Shown: piece by piece, positions 19,544 through 30,254 of the stretch
How positions within the stretch are numbered: position 1 is the first letter of the stretch
How the letters are laid out: every line of letters begins with the position of its first letter
DNA from: an uncultured Parachlamydiaceae bacterium
Lineage (GTDB): Bacteria > Chlamydiota > Chlamydiia > Chlamydiales > Parachlamydiaceae
Length of the DNA stretch: 64,000 bases
Reading direction: 5' to 3'
Assembly (NCBI GenBank): GCA_963742415.1
Contig: CAVULX010000003.1
Coordinates: 800,001-864,000 of the forward strand
Program-made: the position numbers and the translations under genes
Notes under the pieces: generated by a model
The model's database searches: none
The model's input: only the letters and a program-made list of their open reading frames with translations
What the model was told of the DNA's origin: nothing

Positions 19544-21057
19544 GGCTTAAACTCCTTTTCCTATATCTACGAGAAGCATAATAATCAAAAAGAGGAGCAA
19601 AAATATTGCCCATCAAAATGGCAAGCATCACCCCTTCAGGATAGGCAGGGTTGACCACCCGGATCACAATGGCGATGGCTCCGCAAAAGATGCCGTAAAT
19701 CCATTTGGCAGAAGCCATGCTGGGGGAAGAGACGGGATCGGTAGCCATAAAGACAATCCCAAAAGCCAGTCCCCCCAGCAACAAATGCTTGTAGGCAGGA
19801 ATTGCATATTGGGCCGGATTCCACGCTCCTCCGTCAGCTCCAAAAAATTTAGCCCCAGCCTCAAATAGAAAAGCTGTAGCAAAGGCCCCTAAGGTCATTG
19901 CGATCATTGTTCGCCAGGAGCCTACCCCTGTCCATATGAGGAACAAGGCCCCCAGAATGCAAGCCAAAACGGAGGTCTCTCCCATAGATCCTAATTTGTC
20001 CCCTAAAAACATGTTCCAGTCTCCATTATGGCCGATGCCGTAATTGACGGCGGAAAATTGGTAGGCGTCTTCATAATACCCTGGGGATAGACCCAGGCCC
20101 CCATTAGCAAATGGACTGGTGACAAAACTATACATTTGATCTTGGGTGAGCTGCCCTATTTGCGCGCCATGATTTCCTAAGGAATTCCACTGGTTGAAAT
20201 ATTTTTCTACGGCCGGCCCTGTGGAAACATGCGTGCCAAGATTATTTGTAGCGATGGCGTCGACATGGATCCGCTTAATGTCATGGGTTATGTTTAAGAG
20301 GGCCAGCTTGGTCGCTTGCGTATAACCATCAATGCCCAGTTGCGCATCGGCATTCATTTTCACAAGGCTTTCTCGGACGATGGTTGGATTTGTGCCGGCC
20401 CAGATCGTCTCCAGACATTTTTCCTGGAAAAGTAAAAAAAAGGAAAGCGCGGCAGGCTAAAGCTGGGTTCACGATGTTCATTCCCGATCCGCCAAAAACT
20501 TCTTTTCCAAGGACGACGCCGGCAGATACCCCTACAGCGGCCATCCAATAGGGGATCGTAGAGGGCAAAACTAAGACATACAGAATTCCTGTGACTAAAA
20601 ATCCCTCTGATATTTCATGCCCCCGGACACAAGCAAAAATGGCTTCCCACATTCCTCCTATGGCATAGGAGATAAAGATCAAAGGAACGACCGCGATGAC
20701 GCCCAGCTTTAAAATTGTGAGATACCGATCCTCTTTTGCGGCGAAGCTCCAATACCCGTCCCAAGAATTGGCACCAGCCAGGTATTCGTTCATCAATTTG
20801 TAGTCGCCGCTGGAATAAACAAAACCCTGTAATCCGGTATTCCAAATGGACATGAGAATGCATGGAATGAGGGCGAATACGACGATGATCATCCACCGTT
20901 TGACATCAATGGCATCCCGAATGTGGGGGCCAATCGTTGTTTTTACCGGCGCTTCGTAGAGAAAGGTATCCGTTGCAGTTATTAAAGGGCGCAAGCGATA
21001 TAAAGGCTTCCCTTTTTCAACAAGTGATAGCTGGAAATCCAAAAATCGTCTAAGCAT
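19524..21057 (-). pseudogene. nqrB: Na+-NQR subunit B, split by one extra base near 20405 (probably intact in vivo)
   Basis: N-half (PHIRDAIDVKRWM, GKEVFGGSGMNIVNPAL) in ORF 20329..21057, C-half (DGYTQAT, GSMGETS, FMATDPVS, YPEGVMLAIL) in ORF 19524..20363; removing 1 nt gives a 510-aa ORF. Confidence 0.88.
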
Positions 21058-21261
21058 GGTAAAACTTCATAAAAGTGATATTTACGATGAAGCTTCAAGC
21101 TATCAAAACAAGTCGTTGAACTGCAAGGAAAAAAGCAGGGAATTTGGAGTGCGGATAAAGGCCCCACGCTCTAAAGTTCCTATTTTTTCCTTTGTTATCC
21201 TTTTTTTCTTTTCGTAATTTCACAATTAAGTCAAAATTAGAGATTTAAGCTACAGAATATT

Positions 21262-24200
21262 ATGTTAAAAGCGCCTATAAAAAAAATATTATTATTTAGT
21301 TCTTTATTTGTATTGCTTGTTTGCGTGCTTTTTTTCCGTTTTATTTTGACATCAAGCATGGAATTAGGAATCAAATATTTTTCTGAAAAAGTTTTAGACG
21401 CCGACTTTATTTCTGAAAACGTCTCTTTTAATAAAGGCAAATGGGTTTTCGATAACGCAACGTTTGCAGGAAAAAAATCAATCAAAGAGGGGGGGGTACA
21501 GGCAAAAGTTGAAAAATTGACCATCATGATTCAACCCCATTTGTTTGATAGGGAAGTGGATATAGAAATCCATATTTCTAAACCCCATCTTGATATAAGG
21601 CGTTCCCCTGCAGAATTCTATCGTAAATTGGTTGAGTCTCTGCCTGCGCGAGGACTTGTAGCCTTCAAAAGTAAAGTTGTCGTAGAACATGGCGTCGTTT
21701 CCATTCACGACACCGAACGGCAGCCTTCGATTGCGCAAACCCTTTTCTTTCAGCTCAACGGGGAATGCAGTTCAAATATCAAAGGATCTTTAATTGTCAG
21801 TTTAGACGATCCCAACTTGGAAAAAAATTGCATTGCTTTATCCCTTGCTCAAATGGAAAAGAGGCATTTCGCGTTGGATTTAAATTTCGACGGTGTCGAT
21901 TGTGCTTCTTTAGTGGGGGCTGCGACCCCCTTTTTCCCTCCCTTGCAAACGGTGGCTATCGAGGAAGGATTTTTAAAAGGTAAAATGGAACTGACATTAC
22001 CCAAAACCGGAGCCCCTTTCGCCAGGGGAGATATGACGATTCAAAACCTTGCTTTAAACGCGCCCGCTTTTGAGATGCAAGGGCAGTTTAAAGAAGTGCG
22101 TATTCATCTGCAGGAAAACGAAGATCCCCGGTCAAAGCCCACCGATGAAAAAGTCAAACCTTCTGTATCTCGCACTGTGGGGCATTTGGAGCTGGCCGAA
22201 GATGCAAACATCTTATTTCAAAAAGATGGAATTCACTTCTGCAACATCCAGCACTTAATAGGAGCACTCTATTTTCAGACCGAGACAGGAGCTCGCCTTG
22301 CCTTCGAGGGGCAATGTGAACACCATGGAAAACTTTCTCCTCTTCATGTGGAAGGGCAAGCAGTTGTAAACAATAAAAAAGACACCTCTTTGGATTTAAA
22401 GATTACACTCGACTCGGAAGAAAAGGAAAATGCTTCTATCCATTTTGTCACTCGGCAGCTCGAAACACACTTTAAATACGCTGAGATTACATTTGCAAAT
22501 ATAGGTCCCAGCGAATTTGATATGATCACAACATTGGCGACCCCCCATTTTCCTGAAATACGGCAGATCAATATGAACGAAGGGAGGATTGATGCCTCTG
22601 CTTTGGCCTATATGAAAGGGTTGCTAATTACCGACTTTAAAATCGAAAAAATGAAGGCAAAAAACCTTCAATTCGACATTATCCCTTGGGATTGGACCGC
22701 TCGCATGGATGAGTTATCCGGCGATTTGATGGTCAACCTCGACGCAAACAAAGTTTTTGAGACTCTAAATGGCAATCTTGTCATTGCCGGAGGCCAGCTT
22801 TGTTTTGATAAAAACAATTACGACTTATGCCAGTTGAATGATGTAAACACAAGATTGAAAATAGCACGTGGCGTCGTGTTAGAATCAGCAGTTGAAGGGA
22901 CCTTCGCTGGCCTTAAAGGCACCATTCACCTCGATGGACTTTCCCCCGACGGAGAAATGGCAAAATTAAAATTTCATGGCAATCCAAGGGGATTGATCTC
23001 CTTGTCTCCTCCCCATTTACGCCCCCAGTTAGAGCAGCGGTTTAATGAAGATTTGTTGACCGTTTCAGCTAGCATAAGCAAGCTGACAGATGGTGCAAAA
23101 ATCGTGGGTCTCATGGAAATAAATGCCCCTCTCGAAAAAGAGGCCCAGAAAATCCATTTTGGTTTTGAACTGGAAAAAGCTTCTCAAAAATTATGGGGAG
23201 CGGAACTTCATCAACTCGTTTCTTCCTATTGGGAAGGGATTGTGATGGAAGGGACGTTGGCCTACTTGCCTATCGTTCTCCCTATCAGCTTATTGGAAGG
23301 AAAATGGCTGCACAAAGAGATGGGCCTCCCGGGAATCATATTCCGTAACGGATGGTTTCAGGCTCAAGACATCTCTTTAGATAAATATATTGCACCTCTC
23401 ATGTTTCCTGAAGCAGATGTAAAAATGACAGGGGTAGGGGATCTGCAAGGAAACTTTGACAGAATGACATTAAAGGTCGGCTATAACGTAAAAAACTTGA
23501 GCTTCGAAAGCAGCGATTTCTGTATCACCGCAACACATGAACTTCCTCAACAAAAAAATGAATTTCTAGGGACCCAATTTTTCGATTTAATCTCCGGAAC
23601 CTCCCATGGGACATTTCCTATGCGCTCCGGTACCTATCTCGAGAAAAAAACAGGGTCGTTTTTTGAAGATATCGCCGCTCTCATCACGTTTTCCGGCAAT
23701 AAATTCCAATTGGATGATTTGGAAACACGATGCAAAGGGATCACATTTAAAGGGAAATTGAATTTCGATTTGTCACCTCCAGGGAAGGGGAATTTCGATG
23801 TCGATATACAAGCACACACAATTCAGAGCAGTTTTTCTCAACTCCAAGACTTTTTTTCCCCCTTTCCCAAGCTGAGTTTTTTTCAAAAATTTCCCCTTGA
23901 AGGTACCTTGGCGTTGAGAGATGAAGGGATGAATGTGCGCATGTCGTTTAGATCTGAAAAATTGGACATGCAAACAAAAATCGCTGGAACCTTCAATCAG
24001 GGAACTCTTCTCTTCCGCAATGTGGATGTTGTGACGAAAGATTTAAGCTTTAATTTTGATTATAATCAATTTGCGGAGAGCTTTGAAATAAAAGATATTA
24101 ATGGACAAGTCTTTGTTGGAAAAGGGGATCAAGTTGAAAACTATGCCTTAGCAGGGGATAAGTTCTCTTTCCACCACCTCTCCCGAAAAGAAGCGGAATT

Positions 24201-26622
24201 CGATCTCTGGATTGGTGACCAAAAAAGAGATATCATCAGAATCGCCGGCCAGACATCTTCTAAAGAGGAGCCGCTCTCTCAAAACCACATGAACGTGACC
24301 TTTGACCGGGATGTTTCCCACTTTGGCGATGTCCACCCTTCAGTTTTAGAACTTTCACTTAAGGATTGGACCCAAGTTGAGCAGCTGAACCTAGCCTTCG
24401 AAGTCTCCTTAGAAACTATCCTCCGGGACCTCCAAATCGTGGCCAAATCAGGGCTTTTTTGCCTTCCATCTATTACAGACAAAGAATTTGACGACTTGAA
24501 AAATGCTTCAGGCCGCTTTGCTGTCAACATCAGCTATGATGCCAAGGTAGACGCTCTCACTTATCATGCGATTGGACAAGAAGTCAAAATAGATAATTAC
24601 AAATTTAATAAGTGTTCCTTGCATGGCGGTAAAAAAGATTGCCGCTGGTCCATTGATCAATTGATCTTAGATGATTTGGCAGTGGCGGCCGATGTGAGCA
24701 TGATGCCGGAGGGATGGAAATTTGATTTTTTAGGTTTGCGGTATGGAGAATCATTTCTAGCTGGATTAGAAGGGGAATATCGGCATGGGGGCCAAGGGAT
24801 CGATGCCAAGGTCAATTTGCTTGAATGCAATTTGTCCAAACTTCATGAGTGGCCTTTCTTGCAGACTTTTATTTCTGAGTATCATCCAAAGGGATTTTTA
24901 CGCGCTAACGGCCAGCTTCGCTTGGAATTGCCTTCAGCTTCAAAAAAATGGCGCTTGGATGCATTAGTCAGTGGAAATGTGCGCTCTTTAGAACTTAAAG
25001 GAATACCCCTTCAAGATGCTTCCAATGTTTCTTTTCATTTTAATTCCAATTCCGGCCTTACCATACGGCAGCTCCAAACTGCTTTTAAAGACCCATTCAC
25101 AGAAGAAGTGTTAGGGCTTTTAAGTTTTGAGAAGGTAGAACATAATCACTCGCAGGAAGAGCTAATTTTTGACAGGATCCACTTCAATGTTCCTGCAGAA
25201 AACTTAAAAAGGACAGCCCAGCTTCTTCAACATAGCTTTCCGCACGCGATAGAAGACTCTGTAGCTTCCATCATTTGTAATTTAAAGCAGAACGGCAATG
25301 TCGAAGGATCCTTAGCTTTGCACAAAAATCCAAGTTCGACCCTTTCTCAAATAACATTAAAAGAAGGCTCGTACCACTTCCTCAAAAAAGAGCACGAAGT
25401 CAACAATTTCACTCTTAACTACGATCTCAAAGAACTAAAAATTTTAACTCAATACCGTTTCCAAAATCACCTCTTTTGGCTTCAAATAAAATCCCGCGGC
25501 CCTTCCTATCATGCTGGCAACTTGCTGCTTTCCGATGGTCATCCAGACCTGCAACAGAACTCAGGAGCCTCACCCTTAAGAGTGGAATGGAGAAATGACC
25601 CTTGGCTCGGCCTCCAAGTTCTCAAAGCAGAAGGTTCTCTTGCGGGCATGGATATTCACTTGGTTAATGATCACAGCATCTCCTGGTCGGGAGAATCGAT
25701 TTATTTAATAGGGGATGTCGCCTTCCACCCTCAAAAAACCACAGCTTTGATATCTACAGAATTATGTGAAAGAATGAAAATGTTGCGGATCGGCGACCAA
25801 GTCACCCTCAAGGGGCAATGGCGCCTTGATAAATTTACCAAAGAGCAAGGGGAAAGCCCACTCTATTTTCAAGGGGATCTCCTGGGAAATAACATCTCCA
25901 TCAAAGGATATCAATTCCAAAGATTGTTAGCACAAGTCGATTGCATTCCCAAAAGCATTGAAGTAAGGCAGTTTCGGATCGAAGATCCTGCGGGTATCCT
26001 GTCCATCGACAGAATTTCCCTATATAAGACTCCAGATGGGATCTGGCAGCTTGACATTCCTCGGTTGAACATCGTAAATTTCAGGCCTAGCTTATTGCAA
26101 GAAGTTGGATCGACCGGGATGGTTTCTCCCAAACCTTTATTGGTCAAAAGATTAGATATAGAGGGGTTAAAAGGCAGTTGCAGAGACGTAAATACTTTGC
26201 GCGGTTCTGGTAAACTTTTTTTTGTCAACCCGCCAAAAAAACATCTCCAAAATACCATTCTGGCTATTCCTGCTGAAATTTTAACCATGATCGGCTTAGA
26301 CTTAACAGTCTTGAACCCAATTTCAGGCACCATCATGTATGATATTTACGACGGGAAAATCATGCTCACAAAGTTCAAGAATGTCTATAGTGAAGGGAAG
26401 CTATCCAAATTCAATCTCAGTCACTCTAGCCCCGCTTCATATCTAGACTTTGATGGAAACTTGCATGTCCATATCCGCATGAAACAACACAACCTATTTT
26501 TTAAATTAGCAGAACTTTTTACAGTCAGCATCGGCGGCAATTTAATCAAACCGTCCTACTCTCTGCAAAGGCTGCACCAAAATAAATCTTCTGATCAAAA
26601 GAAGGTTGCATCCTCACAATGA
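21262..26622 (+). CDS. Very large membrane-anchored beta-rich protein (AsmA/TamB-like by inference)
   Basis: 1786-aa ORF, single N-terminal TM segment, alternating hydrophobic beta-strand pattern throughout. Confidence 0.7.
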   Translation: MLKAPIKKILLFSSLFVLLVCVLFFRFILTSSMELGIKYFSEKVLDADFISENVSFNKGKWVFDNATFAGKKSIKEGGVQAKVEKLTIMIQPHLFDREVDIEIHISKPHLDIRRSPAEFYRKLVESLPARGLVAFKSKVVVEHGVVSIHDTERQPSIAQTLFFQLNGECSSNIKGSLIVSLDDPNLEKNCIALSLAQMEKRHFALDLNFDGVDCASLVGAATPFFPPLQTVAIEEGFLKGKMELTLPKTGAPFARGDMTIQNLALNAPAFEMQGQFKEVRIHLQENEDPRSKPTDEKVKPSVSRTVGHLELAEDANILFQKDGIHFCNIQHLIGALYFQTETGARLAFEGQCEHHGKLSPLHVEGQAVVNNKKDTSLDLKITLDSEEKENASIHFVTRQLETHFKYAEITFANIGPSEFDMITTLATPHFPEIRQINMNEGRIDASALAYMKGLLITDFKIEKMKAKNLQFDIIPWDWTARMDELSGDLMVNLDANKVFETLNGNLVIAGGQLCFDKNNYDLCQLNDVNTRLKIARGVVLESAVEGTFAGLKGTIHLDGLSPDGEMAKLKFHGNPRGLISLSPPHLRPQLEQRFNEDLLTVSASISKLTDGAKIVGLMEINAPLEKEAQKIHFGFELEKASQKLWGAELHQLVSSYWEGIVMEGTLAYLPIVLPISLLEGKWLHKEMGLPGIIFRNGWFQAQDISLDKYIAPLMFPEADVKMTGVGDLQGNFDRMTLKVGYNVKNLSFESSDFCITATHELPQQKNEFLGTQFFDLISGTSHGTFPMRSGTYLEKKTGSFFEDIAALITFSGNKFQLDDLETRCKGITFKGKLNFDLSPPGKGNFDVDIQAHTIQSSFSQLQDFFSPFPKLSFFQKFPLEGTLALRDEGMNVRMSFRSEKLDMQTKIAGTFNQGTLLFRNVDVVTKDLSFNFDYNQFAESFEIKDINGQVFVGKGDQVENYALAGDKFSFHHLSRKEAEFDLWIGDQKRDIIRIAGQTSSKEEPLSQNHMNVTFDRDVSHFGDVHPSVLELSLKDWTQVEQLNLAFEVSLETILRDLQIVAKSGLFCLPSITDKEFDDLKNASGRFAVNISYDAKVDALTYHAIGQEVKIDNYKFNKCSLHGGKKDCRWSIDQLILDDLAVAADVSMMPEGWKFDFLGLRYGESFLAGLEGEYRHGGQGIDAKVNLLECNLSKLHEWPFLQTFISEYHPKGFLRANGQLRLELPSASKKWRLDALVSGNVRSLELKGIPLQDASNVSFHFNSNSGLTIRQLQTAFKDPFTEEVLGLLSFEKVEHNHSQEELIFDRIHFNVPAENLKRTAQLLQHSFPHAIEDSVASIICNLKQNGNVEGSLALHKNPSSTLSQITLKEGSYHFLKKEHEVNNFTLNYDLKELKILTQYRFQNHLFWLQIKSRGPSYHAGNLLLSDGHPDLQQNSGASPLRVEWRNDPWLGLQVLKAEGSLAGMDIHLVNDHSISWSGESIYLIGDVAFHPQKTTALISTELCERMKMLRIGDQVTLKGQWRLDKFTKEQGESPLYFQGDLLGNNISIKGYQFQRLLAQVDCIPKSIEVRQFRIEDPAGILSIDRISLYKTPDGIWQLDIPRLNIVNFRPSLLQEVGSTGMVSPKPLLVKRLDIEGLKGSCRDVNTLRGSGKLFFVNPPKKHLQNTILAIPAEILTMIGLDLTVLNPISGTIMYDIYDGKIMLTKFKNVYSEGKLSKFNLSHSSPASYLDFDGNLHVHIRMKQHNLFFKLAELFTVSIGGNLIKPSYSLQRLHQNKSSDQKKVASSQ

Positions 26623-26646
26623 TTGATTTAAAATCTATAATTCCAA

Positions 26647-27624
26647 ATGAATTCAAATATGAAAACATCTAATCGTAAATATCTCCGTTTGGCTCTCTGG
26701 TCGTTGAGCGGCTGTCTGGTTCTCTTCGCTTTTATTAGGCTATACTTCAACCTTACAGATGACTTTCGAATCGGCAATATCAGTTATGAAATGCCCTTTC
26801 ATCCAGAATGGGAAATCCCCCCGCTTTCCCCTCAAGATCAACAACGGATCGAAAAAATCTTAGCACAACCCTTTACTTACATTGGCAAAGGGGCCCAATC
26901 TTATGCATTCAGCAGCGCTGACAATCAATATGTTTTGAAATTTTTTAAATTTAAACATTTGACCCCTCACTGGTTTGTCGAGCTTTTTCCCCCCTTTCCC
27001 CCTTTTTCCACTTACCGGGAAAAACAGGCTCTTCGCAAAAATAAGAAATTATATGGTGTTTTCGAAGGGTATCGCTTGGCCTACGAGGTTCACCAGGGCC
27101 CCAGCGGCCTCATCTACATCCATCTTAATAAATCCCAATCCCTTCACAAGGCTGTCAAAGTAAAAGATAAATTGGGATTGCAAAGGGAAATCGAGCTCGA
27201 TTCGGTAGCGTTTCTTTTACAAGAAAAAGCAAAAACGACCCGCCTTGTCATCCAAGAGGCCTTGGATCAAGATAATCTAACTCTTGCCAAACACCGGATG
27301 AGGCAGATTTTTGACCTGTATTTGGCGGAATACAAAAAGGGGATCTATGACAAAGACCATGGAGTCATGCACAACACCGGATTTGTCGGCGAGAAACCTA
27401 TCCATTTAGATGTCGGTAAAATGACAAGGGACAATAATTTATTCAAACCCACTGTTTGGCAACGGGATATGGAACATATTGCATGGAAATTTTCATGGTG
27501 GATAGCCGAACACTACCCAAGCTATCATCCTGTTATGGCAGCAGACATCGAAGCTAAATTGACAGAGCTCTTCAACCGCCCTTTTATGTTTAGCACAAGC
27601 ACCCGGCCGCCTAAAAAACATTAA
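26647..27624 (+). CDS. Membrane-anchored hypothetical protein with protein-kinase-like motifs
   Basis: N-terminal TM; YIGKGAQSYAF, YVLKFFK, YDKDHGVMHNTG, IHLDVG. Confidence 0.65.
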   Translation: MNSNMKTSNRKYLRLALWSLSGCLVLFAFIRLYFNLTDDFRIGNISYEMPFHPEWEIPPLSPQDQQRIEKILAQPFTYIGKGAQSYAFSSADNQYVLKFFKFKHLTPHWFVELFPPFPPFSTYREKQALRKNKKLYGVFEGYRLAYEVHQGPSGLIYIHLNKSQSLHKAVKVKDKLGLQREIELDSVAFLLQEKAKTTRLVIQEALDQDNLTLAKHRMRQIFDLYLAEYKKGIYDKDHGVMHNTGFVGEKPIHLDVGKMTRDNNLFKPTVWQRDMEHIAWKFSWWIAEHYPSYHPVMAADIEAKLTELFNRPFMFSTSTRPPKKH

Positions 27625-27630
27625 AAATAA

Positions 27631-28350
27631 ATGTTCCGAAAAATTCTTCGTTCTTTTGCTGATTTGTTGTTCCCTCCGCTATGCTTGCATTGTCAAAATA
27701 CATGTCCTGCCAGCCAACCCATTTTTTGCCAAGCATGTTTAAAATTAATGGATTTAATCGACCCCGAAGAAAGATGCCCTTTTTGTTTTTCACACCTTTA
27801 TGATCCAGAATCGAAAATTTGCGAAGAGTGTGCCCGCCATCCCCCCTTACTGGATAGAGTTGCCGCGGTTTTTGATTACACAGGGCCCCCTGCAACATTA
27901 ATCAAAAGAATGAAATATGGGAATCTACCCCACTTGGCGAAAGGAGCTGGCAGCTACATGGCGATGCAATTTTTGCAGCTTGGCTGGCCTCTGCCTGACC
28001 TGTTGACCCCTATCCCTATTTCTTATTTACGACGGCTCGAACGGGGCTTTAACCAAAGCTTGCTTTTATGTGAAGGGATAGGTTCGATCCTTCATGTGCC
28101 GATAGGAGATATTTTAAAAAGAAAAAGCGGCGATTATAGCCAAGCAGGATTAACCCGCAAGCAAAGAGCTTCGAAAGAGCAAAACATCTCATTAAAAAAG
28201 GGGTGCAGCATCTATAAAAAAAATATTTTGCTGGTCGATGATGTGATGACAACTGGGAGCACCTTGCAAAAATGTGCTGAAGTACTATTAGAGCAAGAAC
28301 CCGCAACCATTTATGCCCTCGTTTTTTGCCGCGCAACAAGATGCATCTAA
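27631..28350 (+). CDS. comF: ComF family protein (Zn ribbon plus phosphoribosyltransferase fold)
   Basis: DLLFPPLCLHC, several CxxC, RGFNQS, LLVDDVMTTGSTL. Confidence 0.9.
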   Translation: MFRKILRSFADLLFPPLCLHCQNTCPASQPIFCQACLKLMDLIDPEERCPFCFSHLYDPESKICEECARHPPLLDRVAAVFDYTGPPATLIKRMKYGNLPHLAKGAGSYMAMQFLQLGWPLPDLLTPIPISYLRRLERGFNQSLLLCEGIGSILHVPIGDILKRKSGDYSQAGLTRKQRASKEQNISLKKGCSIYKKNILLVDDVMTTGSTLQKCAEVLLEQEPATIYALVFCRATRCI

Positions 28351-28378
28351 ACACCACAGAAGCACAGAAAAGAAAAGA

Positions 28379-28524
28379 GGAACAGGATAGGCAGAATCGT
28401 AACCGGCAGGATAAACAGGATGGATAAAAAAATTAATTTTAGAGTGGCTTAAAGCTACTCTTTCGCTTAAAATTTATTTTCATCCTGCTTATCCTGCCGG
28501 TTACGATCCTGCCTATCCTGTTCC
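28379..28524. repeat. Palindromic intergenic element, ACAGGAT family, copy A
   Basis: ~44-bp arms ggaacaggataggcagaatcgtaaccggcaggataaacaggatg / catcctgcttatcctgccggttacgatcctgcctatcctgttcc. Confidence 0.85.
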
Positions 28525-28716
28525 ATTTACTGCTGTAGAGCAAAATGATAGCTTTCTGTCTTTTCTTGCAGCCACTCGATCTCTTCAGGCAAAAGGCCTG
28601 TAATAATTTTTTGTAATTGTAAGAAAATGGTCGACCTCATAGCATTGATCCATCTCTAGCTATTTTGGAATTGGTTAAAAACCCAAAGTTCAGGTTAAAA
28701 GAAGCGGGTTCAACAA

Positions 28717-29181
28717 ATGAGAATGCTGATTCAACATGTCAAAGAAGCCCATGTCAAAGTCGACGGATCCATAGTTGGTAAAATTGGAAAAGGTCTTCTC
28801 GTTTTTCTTGGTGTCCATCTCACAGATACACTTGAGGATTGTGCTTGGATGAAAGAGAAGCTTATTAATCTGCGGATATTTAAGGATGCAGATGAAAAGA
28901 TGAATCTTTCAATCCAAGACGTTCAAGGGGAATTGTTAGTCGTATCCCAGTTCACCCTCTATGCTGAATGTACTAAAGGGCGGCGCCCTTCGTTTACGCA
29001 GGCAGCTCCGCCTGATTTAGCAAAAGCTTTGTATGAAAGATTTGTTGCAGATCTCAAACCCCATTTAAAAAATGTGCAAACGGGTCTTTTCGGCGCTTAC
29101 ATGGAAATCCACCTCATCAATGACGGCCCCTTAACCTTCTTGATCGACTCAAACTGCCAAGAGAATAATAGAACAAGATAA
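28717..29181 (+). CDS. dtd: D-aminoacyl-tRNA deacylase
   Basis: SQFTLYA, KGRRPSF, INDGPLTF. Confidence 0.95.
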   Translation: MRMLIQHVKEAHVKVDGSIVGKIGKGLLVFLGVHLTDTLEDCAWMKEKLINLRIFKDADEKMNLSIQDVQGELLVVSQFTLYAECTKGRRPSFTQAAPPDLAKALYERFVADLKPHLKNVQTGLFGAYMEIHLINDGPLTFLIDSNCQENNRTR

Positions 29182-29284
29182 GCAGGATTAAGAGGTGTTT
29201 GAAGTACTTCGTCAAGTAGCAGTACCCCAAACAGCCCTTAATCCTGCTTATCCTGCCGCCGAAGGCGATCCTGCTTATCTTGTC
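29172..29284. repeat. Palindromic element, ACAGGAT family, copy B (overlaps dtd stop codon)
   Basis: aacaagataagcaggattaag ... cttaatcctgcttatcctgccgccgaaggcgatcctgcttatcttgt. Confidence 0.8.
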
Positions 29285-29295
29285 TGTTATTATTG

Positions 29296-30246
29296 CTAGG
29301 CCGATTCCCAATCAAAAGGGATGACTTCATTGATATTGATTTTGCAGTGGCGGAGCATCATCAGGCGGTCGAAGCCTACAGCAACTCCACAACAGTCTGG
29401 AAGACCTTTTTGCAATGCTGACAGAAAATTTTCGTCTAGGGGAAGCAGCTGCTTGCCCATCTGGACCCTCATTTCATTGGCTTCGATAAAACGGCGCCGC
29501 TGTTCTATGGCATTGGCAAGTTCATGATACCCATTGGCGAGTTCTGTCCCTTGATAATAGACTTCGAACCTCTCGGCAACAAGCTCTTCTTCATGCCACT
29601 TGGTTTGGGCAAGAGCAGCTTGAGAGGAGGGATAATAGGCCAAAACTGTCAGCTCATTTTTTCCTAAATAGGGCTCAATCAAGGTCCCTAAGATGACATT
29701 GAGAAGAGCATCCTTTCCCTCTTCAAGGACTGAGCGGTCTACAGCAATTTCCCTTTCAGACAGAAATTCATAAAGATCCTTGTTAGTGGCAGTCACATAA
29801 TCGATGCCTAGAAATTTTTTAAAAACGTCTCTATAGGTGATTTGGGAAGCAGGCAATGCTCCTAAAAAAAGCCTAATAAAATCGAGGGTCTCTTTTATAA
29901 GATCGTCAAAGGAAAACCCGATCCGATACCATTCAGCCATCATAAATTCAGGGTTATGTTTATGCCCATATTCCCCTTGCCTAAACACGTGGGACAACTG
30001 ATAGATATCCCCAATCCCCTCTGCCAATAATCTTTTCATCCCATATTCTGGAGAGGAATGCAAATAACGTGTCTCTCCGGAAGCATCGGTGGAGGGGATA
30101 AGGTCTATGTGGGCATCGACCGAAGCGGAAGAGGTGACAATCGGACAATCGACTTCCAAAACATTCCGTTCTTTGAAAAAACGGCGTGCAGCTTCTAGCA
30201 TGTGAGCACGGTCTTTCAAAGTGGTTATTTTATTAGATATAATCAT
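29296..30246 (-). CDS. epmA: EF-P lysine (R)-beta-lysyl transferase
   Basis: LysRS-like catalytic domain only: YLHSSPEYGMKRLL, HNPEFMMAEWYR, ERFEVY, ELANGYHEL, GVAVGFDRL; adjacent to efp. Confidence 0.93.
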   Translation of the reverse strand: MIISNKITTLKDRAHMLEAARRFFKERNVLEVDCPIVTSSASVDAHIDLIPSTDASGETRYLHSSPEYGMKRLLAEGIGDIYQLSHVFRQGEYGHKHNPEFMMAEWYRIGFSFDDLIKETLDFIRLFLGALPASQITYRDVFKKFLGIDYVTATNKDLYEFLSEREIAVDRSVLEEGKDALLNVILGTLIEPYLGKNELTVLAYYPSSQAALAQTKWHEEELVAERFEVYYQGTELANGYHELANAIEQRRRFIEANEMRVQMGKQLLPLDENFLSALQKGLPDCCGVAVGFDRLMMLRHCKININEVIPFDWESA

Positions 30247-30254
30247 AAAAAAGA

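Noticed and set aside
17224..21057. nqr cluster lacking nqrA and nqrF
   Set aside because: The split arrangement is the normal chlamydial organisation.
28527..28640. 37-codon minus-strand ORF (MRSTIFLQLQKIITGLLPEEIEWLQEKTESY...)
   Set aside because: Protein-like but short, with no clear RBS or convincing homology.
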